Shown in pieces: positions 52,883 to 64,000 of a DNA stretch of 64,000 nt. Under the pieces are notes generated by a model, which saw nothing but the letters and a program-made list of their open reading frames with translations, was not told the origin of the DNA and searched no databases. The first letter of the stretch is position 1. The number at the start of each line of letters is the position of its first letter. The position numbers and the translations under genes were made by a program. This DNA comes from the human T2T-CHM13v2.0 reference genome, Homo sapiens, in NCBI RefSeq assembly GCF_009914755.1, contig NC_060926.1; one strand, written 5' to 3'.

Positions 52883-54857
52883 GCACTTTGAAGTTTTAAA
52901 AGCAGTCTTATAAATTACTATTCAGTCCAAGAGGAAATCAAAACTGCAATTAACTGGGATCCTAGAAAATAATGACAATTGGAACATCTCAATAAAAACT
53001 TGTGGGATTTGGAAACATCATAGCCTTAAATTCTTTCATTATTAAACAAGAAAAAATGAAAACAAATGAGATAAGAATTAGGTAAAACTTAGAAAATAAT
53101 ATGAAACAAATCTACAGACAGCAGAAACACGGAATCTATGAATAAAAAACAAATTAATGAAAACAAAGCAAAATCAGTAGAAGCAAGAAATAAGTCTTTA
53201 AGAATTTCTTTGGAACTACCAGTATCATCGATGAATCTTTGAAAGACAAATCCAAAAAGGAAGGTTAGAACATGAAAATATGTAATTATTAAGAAAGACA
53301 AAAGGACTATCACAACGAAGGAGATTTGTTTACCTGTAAGAATGCCCTGTGAACAAAGTACAAATCTATGCAAATGCTTCTAAAATCTTGATGAATTATT
53401 TTCTAAGAAAGGATAAATTACAGAAATTGACTCAAAAAAAGTACAAAACCTGAATAAATCAATATCTGTGGCAAAAATTTTTAAAGGCATCAAAGAACTA
53501 TACTTTTAAATAACAGCATGTCTAGAAAATTTTTGAGAGAATTATCTCATGCTTGTGTACTTGTTATACGACAAGTAATTCTTATGCTATTTCAGAAATA
53601 CAGAACATATAAAAAGATGAAAATCCTCCCAAATTGTTTTGTGAAGTTAACATAATCTTGATGAAAAGTAGCTCACAACAAAAGAAACATGGCCAAATTC
53701 ACCTGTGAATTTGGGTGCAAAAATCCTAAATCAAAGAGAATTAATTTCAGAACTTTTCAAAAGTTTGTTTCAGAAATGTGCAGATAATTTTTATTAGAAA
53801 AAAATTTATAAAATATATATCAGTAGGTGAAAATATAGGAAAAATATAATGATCTTGATATCAAAAAGATTCTGATAGAATTTAAAATATTACTTTTTGA
53901 AACTATCAACTGTGAATAGGAAATTATTTCCTTAACATTAATAAAAATATCTATCAATAGGGTTATCTTACTTTATATCAAAAAGGTGTTTGATATTTGC
54001 TTAAATTTTTTTAAACACTTAAACTGGAATTAAAGTATATTTTTAACAGAAGTAAGGATATCTAAACTATTATGAAATACTGAAGGTATTCCCACTAAAG
54101 ACAAGAATAAGATAAGGACACCTGACATCACTTCTAATCAATGCAATAAAACAAGAAAATGTAATAATAAGTAAATATTAGAAATGGAAAATATTAAATT
54201 ATATCAACAGAAATACTGTAAGAGAATTCAGTAAAATATTTAAATACAAAATAAATATACTAAGAGTAGGATGCTAAAATAGAGAAAAGAAACTTTACAA
54301 TAGCAACAATAAAATAAATCTAGGAATAAATGTTTAAAAGAAGGCTGGAACTTACATTCGAAAATCACAAATTTGGAATGTGCTATTGATGGATGAGAAA
54401 ACATAAAAATATAAAAGGCCATTTTCTCCAACTTAATTTATGAATTACATTATTCTAAGTTATTGTTTGGAAGAACAATCAGATGAGAATAGTGCAGATA
54501 ATTTTGAAAAATAATAAAGATAGACTTATAAGATCAATATTACAATATGTTGTGGAACTATAACAGTGGAAACTGCTGCTACAGATATAGAGAGACACAT
54601 CAGAGAAGTGGAACAGAGATCTGAAAACACAAATGAAAGAACAAGTGAGAATCTGCCATATAAGGCTGGCATTAAATTAGTTGGAAGGTGGTAGATTATT
54701 TAACAAATGGTATTTCTAAGTTAGCACAATTGGCTGATTTAGAAAAAGATGAAATAAATTTGAACTTGCACCTCACACCTCATAGCAAAATATATTCCAG
54801 ATGATAATAGTTAACATTTACTGGGTAATTTTATATGTCAGGCACCATTCAAAGTTA

Positions 54858-55147
<290 letters not shown>

Positions 55148-55356
55148 TTATTATTTTCATTAATCCTTACAATAATCTCATGAGCTAGGATCAATTATTT
55201 AACCCATTTTACAGAAAAGAAAACAGAAGTTAATTAATTTGTCCAAGATAACACAGTAAGTTGCAGAACCAGATCTCTTGAATCCTAGTAGTTTGGCTCT
55301 TTAGTCCACATTCTATAAACATTCTATAAACATAGAAAAGTGAAACTATAACATAA

Positions 55357-55692
<336 letters not shown>

Positions 55693-55735
55693 TGATGAAG
55701 GCCTTTCTAAGGGATATGAAAAAATAGACTCTATG

Positions 55736-56042
<307 letters not shown>

Positions 56043-56174
56043 GAATAGACTCTATGGATTGATATAATTGGCTACCCACATAAACTTATTTAACTTCTGT
56101 ACATCAAAAAATACCATCAGTAAAATTTTAAAAATCACAAACCAAAAAAAAAAAAAAATAGCTTACATAACCAG

Positions 56175-56528
56175 TGTATTAGTCTGCTCTCATACTGCTA
56201 TAAAGAACTACCCAAGACCAGATAATTTATAAAGAAAAGAGGTTTAATTGACTCACAGTTCTGTATGGCTGGGGAGGCCTCAGGAAATTTACAATCATGG
56301 CAGAAGGGGAAGCAAATATATCTTACATGGCGACAGGTGAGAAAGCATGTGAGCGAGCACAGGGGAACTGCCCTTTATAAAACCATCAGCTCTCATGAAA
56401 CATATTCACTATCATGAGAACAGCATGGGGAAAACTGCACCCATAACCCAATCACTTCTCTTTCTCGACACGTGGGGATTACAATTCAAGATGAGATTTG
56501 GGTGGGGACACAAAACCTAACCCTATCA
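56175..56528 (-). mobile_element. THE1/MST-type MaLR solo LTR
   Basis: tgtattagtc...gaaaagaggtttaattgactcacagttc...gatgagatttgggtggggacaca...tatca; perfect 5-bp TSD ACCAG. Confidence 0.92.
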
Positions 56529-56639
56529 ACCAGTTTCATCATTACTCTATAAAGAGCTCTTACAAATCAGTAAAAAAGATCAATAAAAAAAGATCAAAAC
56601 CTCAGTAAAAGTGGGCAAAGTATATGAGCAGACAAATCA

Positions 56640-56752
56640 TATGTAGTGTGTGTGTGTATATATATGTGAGTTTGTGTATATATATGTGTGTATGTGTGAG
56701 TGTATATATGTATATGTATACACACATATATCTTTACATATATACACACACA
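56640..56752. repeat. (TG/TA)n then (CA/TA)n microsatellite
   Basis: gtgtgtgtgtatatatatgtg...tatacacacatatat. Confidence 0.85.
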
Positions 56753-57814
56753 TTTTAAAAACTTTCATCTCACAAATAATAAGACAGTGAACAGGGAAAC
56801 AATAATACAATTCCTTCAGATAGTCAAATTGGCAAAAATTTTTAATTCTAAAACTCTGTAATTGAAAGTGTAGGGAAATAGAAATTCTCATAAAATAGTA
56901 TTGGAACTATGAATGAATATCACTTTTTCTAGAAGACAGTTTGACAATATATTATCAAAAACTGTTAAAATGTGCATAAACTTTGACCCAGAAATTCTAC
57001 CTCAAACAATTTGTTCTAAAACAATTGACAGATGTATGAAAATATTTATGGATAAATAGTTTTATCACAGCACTGTTTATAATAGAGACAAATTAGATAC
57101 ACTCTTAATACCCAACAACAAAGAAATTCTTAACTGCATTTGGTGCTTCCATGTGATAGAAGATTATGCAACCATTGAAAATGACAGGGGAGAAATGGTC
57201 ACAGTAAACTACTTTAAAACTTTCATACAGGATGATCCCATTTTTGTAAATAAATCCACCACTGGGTGTGTGTCTGTGTTCTGTAAAGATAAGCACAAAA
57301 TATTAATTCTGAATGCTATAATTTAACATTCCCTTCTCCCTTCCTTTTTTTGTGTATTTTTCAAATTTTCAACAAAGAACTGTGTAATCAGATGGAAAAA
57401 GGGGATTTTATCATTAAATAAGTCATATCTCAACATTAATTCTTGACAGACCTTGTATTTACACATGTCCCACTAAAGAGATGCCATTTTTATTTCTACC
57501 CTTTCCTTCATTTTTCTAGTTTCCTCGTGTTACCAAATATTTCCTGTGTGCTTTCATCTTACCCTCAGTTCTGGCATCCAAAGACATTATTATGGAGAAC
57601 GTGCCAGTATGTGTGTCAGCAAAATGAATCAATTAAAAGAGTTGACCTTGGATCCCTTTCCATGAACAGCACATAAAAGGCAGGCTATTATGAGATTTAT
57701 AGGCAGGGCAAGTTTTAAGTGGAGAAAAGGGAGCCGAGAAGGATCAGAGCATCACCACTCACAACACACCCTTCTCTTTGCCCGTGGCTCCAGCTTTGGG
57801 GAAGGGGAAGGAGC

Positions 57815-58088
57815 AAGACAGGGTCTCACTCTGTTGCCCAGGCTGGAATGCACTGCAGCAGTGCCATGATAGCCCATTGCAGCCTCAAACTCTTGGGCAT
57901 CCTTCTGCCTCAGCCTCCCAAGTAGCTAGGGCTAAAGGCACACACATCAGGCTAATTTTTTTTATTTTTTGTAGATACGGGGTCTCACTGTGTTGCCAGG
58001 CTGGTCTCTAACTCCTGGGCTAAAGTGATCCACCTGCGTTGGCCTCCTAAAGTGCTGAGATTACAGGCATGAGCCACCTCACCTGGCC
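57815..58088 (-). mobile_element. Alu (AluJ-like) without a clear poly(T) tail
   Basis: agacagggtctcactctgttgcccaggctgg...gagccacctcacctggcc. Confidence 0.9.
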
Positions 58089-58654
58089 AGAAAGATAACT
58101 TTGAATGCATCTGTGTATCTACACATTTTTATATATACAGGTATACATACATTTTATACATACCTCTATCTATACATATGTAGACATGCATATATATGTA
58201 TGTATATGCACATTTTTATTTATATATATGTGTGTGTGTGCACACGTGTATGAATTTTACATGGAAAGCCAAAATATCAAAGTGAAAGGGAAAGGCTGAA
58301 AGCAGGAAGACTGGTTTACTTGGTGGCCAAGTGTTAGAAGATGAGCAACAATGAGGGCAGGGCAGAATGAATGAGTATGAAGGATCTTTATGAAACAGAA
58401 TCAGAGCTTTCTCTGCTTCTCCCTGACTGTGGCAGAAGATGGCTGCTCCCTCATCCCCAGCTTCCCACTTTACATTCCCTCTATTCAAATGATCAGTCCT
58501 GACTAACTAACTACCTGTCACTCAGTGGTCATTCCAAATTCGCAGGAGAGAGAATCTGATTGGTCTAGCTCAGCATAGTTGTCCAATCAACTGGTCCAAT
58601 CAACTGTGGCCAAGCTCAGGGTCACAGATCACAAATGTGGTTGCTGGGGTCCAT

Positions 58655-58810
58655 TTAACTACTGTCTGTCTTCACCTCTAGACTATATTCTTCATGAGGA
58701 CAGGGACCTCAACATTTGCTCAATACTGTCTGCAGCACCTTTGAGGACATAGCCGGCACTTAAAACCCATTTGTCAAAAGGATAAATGCATAAATAAATT
58801 AACAAATGAA
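58655..58810 (+). mobile_element. L2 3' terminal fragment
   Basis: tgtctgtcttc...ctagact...catgaggacagggacc...aaatgcataaataaattaacaaatgaa. Confidence 0.6.
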
Positions 58811-59632
58811 GAGAATCATAGTGTAGAAGGCTAACTATTAAGTCATCCAATCCAGCCATCCATTCATTGTTGATGTGTTTAATTCATCAGTAGAGCACCA
58901 CCTTCGGCAGGATTATGTCAATTGCCTTCAATATGTCGATGAGGTTTTGTGGTCTAGCCTGAGTTTACAAGAATGATTTAAGTTAGAAACTATGCTCATA
59001 ATTCCAAACAACTGACTTGGGAAACCTAATTCATTAGTAACTTGAGAAATACCTACAGCCCTCCAAACAAGGTAATCAATGGGAGAACTAGGCCAGAGAG
59101 AAAAGGTATTTGTCAGAGGAAACTTGGCATGTATGTTATACTTTTACGATCTAATTATTTTAGTGTTCTTCCTGTGGAATCCATTTTCCTTAGATGACCT
59201 CTGTTCATAGGAAACTATTTGGTTTAATCTGTGGAAGCCATAGCATATTTTTAACCATCTCCAAAGTCCAGCTCCCTCTCCACGGAGCGTGCCTGATGCC
59301 CAAACAGATGTCTCATAACACAGCACACATGAGCTCACCACTGGCAAGTCTTTTGCACACAATCGGCCCACACCTCTTCTCACATCTCCCTGTCATCCCA
59401 CAAACCCAAATTCAGAAGTTGCAGGCAAGCTCAAACTCTTACCACAATAATAGAAAAGCAGAAGGCAGACCTCCAATTTTGAAGTTTCAATTTATTAATA
59501 TTTTTAAAAATCTAATGACCAACCAGAAAAATATGCAATACAAAGCATTAGCCAAACTAATTAGTATAAAGAAATGTGCAAACTGGCTGCCCCAAAAGAA
59601 TTCAGATTAAATTATCCAAGGAAAAGGTTTCA

Positions 59633-59941
<309 letters not shown>

Positions 59942-59944
59942 TTA

Positions 59945-60105
59945 TAGAATATTAGGGCTGAAAGGCCCTTGAACGTCATCTAGCCGGTACAACTTAATTG
60001 GACAGATGAAGAAACCGAAGCCCATAGAGAGAAAGTGACTTGCCCCAGGTTTCACAGTGAGTATGTTAGTGGCAGAACTAGAGGTAGAACTCTGCCTCCT
60101 GACTG
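59945..60105 (-). mobile_element. MIR/MIR3 SINE
   Basis: tcatctagcc...acagatgaagaaaccgaagccc...agtgacttgcccc...agtggcagaactag. Confidence 0.75.
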
Positions 60106-61059
60106 CAACCCACAAGGCAGACCACAGCCCCCAGCACCAGTGTCCTGTCTCTAAATGCCTCAGACCATCAATGCCTGGAGTTCAAACCCAAGGAAATCCA
60201 GAACCTGATCAACAAGATCTTTCATCCTGACCATTTCATCATAACCATTTCAGAATATGTCACCTCCAATTTAGGCAAAGCTTTTTGTTGAGAACAATTT
60301 CCTTTAATAAAGCAATCGAAGGTAACCCAAAAAGTATTTTTAGAGGTAACATTAACCTTTCAAGTGTGGAAGCCAAGGGAAGTACATAGGATTCTTGCTA
60401 TCCTTTCTCCAAGAACCTAGGAGATGTCCAAGGAGACCATGGGGAGGTGACTGAGAAGCCCTAAACTCATAGCTGTGTTCCTGGATCCTTGACCTTTGGA
60501 GAGCTTAAACCTGCAGGGAAAAATCAGAGCTTTCTAAGACATCTTGCTGCACCTCGGAGCTCCGGTGTGTGAGCAGTACTTGTTGAGTGCCAACTTGAAT
60601 GTTGGGCTCTTTAGAGCAACACTAGGCTCCACAGGAGAAGCCCTTGAGGGTGCCTCAGAGGTGCTCACCAACCAGTTAAGGAGCAATGTTTCTAATGGGA
60701 AACATTTAGAGTAGGGTTCCACATGGCAAATTATATTCCTCATTGAACAAATATTTGTGGAGGGCATAGGGTGGACCAAGCTGGACATCTTGCAAGAAAA
60801 GAGTAAGACATCAATTGAAAGCCATAAGCACGCACCAGATCCCAAAGGGCTGTGTATGCCAGTGGAGGTGTTTGGCTTTTATTTTAAAGGTGATGGGGAA
60901 TCACTGAAGAATTTTGAGCTGGAGAGTGAATTGACCAGACTTAGGTTCGGGAACAATCGTTTGACTATGTCAAGAGCTGCTGGATTGTGGTCAAGTGCTA
61001 CACTGTGTGATGCTATCTACAAGTCTTTCAAGAAATCATTTGCACTTTTAGTCTATATT

Positions 61060-61240
61060 CAGGAATACAGTATAAAGAGGATGAGTTCCTGAGGCAAACA
61101 GAGCTGGGTTTTAATCCCACTCTGCCACTTACTGGCTGTGTAGTCTCGAGCAAGTTATTTAAATAGGTGTGAGACTTTAGTTTTTTTTCTGTACAATGAA
61201 AATACTGATACATAACTGACAGAGTTTTGATGATAAGTAA
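61060..61240 (+). mobile_element. MIR SINE
   Basis: cagagctgggttttaatcccactctgccacttactggctgtgtagtctcgagcaagttatttaa. Confidence 0.75.
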
Positions 61241-64000
61241 AGACACTAATGTACCTGGACGTTTCAAATAGTCCTCCCACCACCATTAGATACACCCAAA
61301 TCAAAATGGCACTTTCAAGCCTAGGAGGAAGGCCAGCTGGCATCCTAAGCCTTCATTTAGCTGGAGATATTGTTGCATTTTCTTCTTAGAATTTAATCTG
61401 AGAAATTTTTGCTAATGTGTGAAAATAATTGGCATTCATTCCTGTAAATGAGGATGCTGAGGTAAACTGAGGTCAAAGCCAAATCTTGGATCGGAATCAA
61501 ACCACCCAAAACCAATACTGTGGAAAATAAAACTGGGTCACAAAGACCAGTGTTATGAAGCGAGAGTTCCAATCGTCCTAGCAACCTTTTAACCAAACAC
61601 TGGTGCAGATTTGCTGGCCTACATGACGGTGAGAACATCTGGCCTTTCTATTATCCTCTTGCAAGCAAAAAACGATGTTGTGTAAACTGATCTTTAGGCC
61701 AATTATATGGTCTAAATGTTACCGTGTTTATGCTGGCACCTCTGACTCCAGGTTTTAAGAACTTATTGTAACCACACCCCTCTTACAAAGACTGTGGGTC
61801 TTACTGTATATTACCCCAGGGATTTATTGATGCCGAGTCTGCACCTTTTTTCAGGAAGATAAATTCAACATCAGTCAAATTGTGTGCAGTGCACTGTGGG
61901 AGGTCCTATAAGAAATAAGTTACAGGACTTGGTGGCAACAGGAGGAGAGAACAAACATAAGAGTGCAGGCTCTAGGGGCTGCTTTGTTTTTCCCTACAAT
62001 TTTGCTACATTTTTTCCTATTTACCAGTTGTATTATAGAAGCCAGATGTGGAGTATAGAAGCTCTAGTCTGCAGCTCACTCAGAAGACACTAAACTAGGA
62101 GTTGGAACACCTGATACCACCTCCAACTGGCCTTTCCACCACAGACAGGGTCTGATTGTGTCTGCGCATCCCCACCTGCAGAGAGACAGCATTAAACTAC
62201 TAAACACAATGCGCCAGGCACTGTTCCAAGCCCTTCATAACACTGATTAAGGGAGTCCTCCTAATACCTGTAAGTGACAGGCGGTATGATTACCCCCACT
62301 TCACATCACACTGTGGGGTGTCCCACAGTGGGGGCCACGCAGAAGCTCTGAGCTTGCCCCTCCCCTCTGGCTGCTCGATGAGAGCTCTGGGCTTTTGTGC
62401 TCAGCTCTAAAGGACCAGGTGGTGGGGAGTGAGGGGAGGGTCTATAATGAACCACAGCACAATGCTCTGGATTAGGTGACCCATGGGCGTACCCCTAGGG
62501 TGTTACTGACCAGAGGAAGGAGGACTCTTTGCCTCCACCATCACCATTTTACCCCACCCCATCTCCATCCCTCTGCTGCTCTGGCCAAGACACCACGGCG
62601 GCAGCTGGAAGTGCTGACCTCAGGTCTTCCTCCCCACCTCACTCCCCCACAGCCCCCACTGCCCTCTTTCATCCCATCTTCAGGGGACAGATGTGAGAGA
62701 CCATCTTTTAGTCTGTGGATGCTTTCAACTTTTTTGAAAACCCCTGGGAATCCTAACATGGATTATGAACAGAGATATTGGCAGAAGAAGGCTGGGAGCT
62801 CCCGATTTTGTCTCTGGACAAAACAGCCTCTGGTAAAAACAGTAGAGTGACTTATTTCAATTGAAGAGAATAAGTACATGAGCTTCCGGATTCATTAATT
62901 AATTAGCCTCCCCTCTCGGCCAGCCTGGTGGCCAGCTCTAGAAGACATCTGAAGCCAGATGAGCACTCAACCCCAGGCACCAGCAGCTCCTTCCCCAGGA
63001 TGAGGGTTTCCCTTCATCTTTCAAGGACATGAATCTCTTGAGCCTCTCTGTCTGACTTTGCATGTCTAGGAACGAAGGGCAGAACAGATAGCACAGTAAA
63101 TCCCAGCTCTAAATTGTCGTCATGGGAATTCATCACAGATGGTAATCATTAGGGCCCTCACATCTTAAAGGAAAGCTTTATCCAGAATCATAAATAAACT
63201 GTAACCAAGGCTTAGATTTATAAAGCTATAAAAGAGGGCAGCTTGAACAGCCGGGAATGTACAGTACTGGGTTACAAAATCGGCATCATGCCTGAAAGGC
63301 TGGACATAAACCCGGGAGCTCTGGGCAGTGCAGCGAGGAGGGGGTAAATTCTTTCTGCAGTGGGTGGAACCCCAGTCACAGCCTCCCCGGCTTAGCACCT
63401 GGTTTAATCACATGAAATGCAAGCTCAGAGAAACAGGGGTGCTGGCATCTAAACATAGCATTGCAACTCCTAAACCAATTGCAGTCCCATCAAGTTTGGC
63501 CCTTCCTCACCAAGATGCCCTCTGACTAATGCTATGTCCTAGGAATTAATTTTCACTTTATTGCTAAGGTTTCCCACCCCCTACTTTTCCTGAGTGGCTC
63601 AAACAACTCCGTTTTTACCAAAAGTCCCTGTACCATGCAGAACACCCTGTGAGGCTGTGAGTTGTGGAGCAGCAAAGCACAAAACAAGGCTGCAGCCTTC
63701 CAGAAGTTTCTTGTCTGGCCAGGGAGGCAAGGCATTTACAGATGAAACAACTGTAGTATGCAGGCTGCAATGTGTGGTGTAGGCTGTAACTAGAGAACTC
63801 AAGGAAGCAAAGGGTAAGTGGAGGCTGGAGTCACTGTGGGGGAAATGTTTGGGGGAAAAGGGACATGATTTATGACTTGAAGGATGCACAGGGCTGTGCA
63901 CAAGGAGGGAAGGTTTGCTCAGCATGTGGCTTGTCCCTTCTGTGGCCCATCCTGAGCCAAGTCTCTAATAGCACACTCTCATTTTCCTCTTGTCCTAGAG

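Noticed and set aside
62476-62850. Proline-rich ORF resembling the ANTXR1 proline-rich C-terminus
   Set aside because: Does not match the remembered ANTXR1 tail and has no suitable acceptor; it is just C-rich sequence.
63975-64000. Pyrimidine tract plus AG at the window end as the terminal exon acceptor
   Set aside because: The expected next residues (GRCINF..., from memory) do not follow; the last exon appears to lie beyond the window.

Overview
Primate (most likely human) genomic DNA from inside ANTXR1 (anthrax toxin receptor 1 / TEM8), + strand. Three GT-AG coding exons (2142-2237, 2849-3016, 13691-13771) splice in frame. They encode part of the cytoplasmic tail: [32 protein letters not shown] / VRWGEKGS...KWYSPIK / [27 protein letters not shown]. 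From memory these are exons 15-17. The remaining ~50 kb is the long last intron; the proline-rich terminal exon is not in the window. A 3'-truncated antisense 5S rRNA pseudogene and a full-length U6 retropseudogene flank exon 16. The rest is ordinary intronic sequence rich in Alu, MIR, L2, old L1, MaLR/ERV1 solo LTRs, hAT-Charlie elements and microsatellites. Almost all ORFs in the supplied track look spurious. I see no convincing new multi-gene system. The best leads are: (i) a dense YCAY/UGCAUG cluster at the exon 16 acceptor; (ii) a 5S-derived Pol III promoter pointing antisense across the exon 15 donor; (iii) two locally templated insertions, each flanked by an 8-bp direct repeat; (iv) an open read-through frame, CA repeat and AATAAA after exon 17; (v) a near-perfect RFX X-box. 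Repeat family names and boundaries come from remembered consensus sequences and are approximate.
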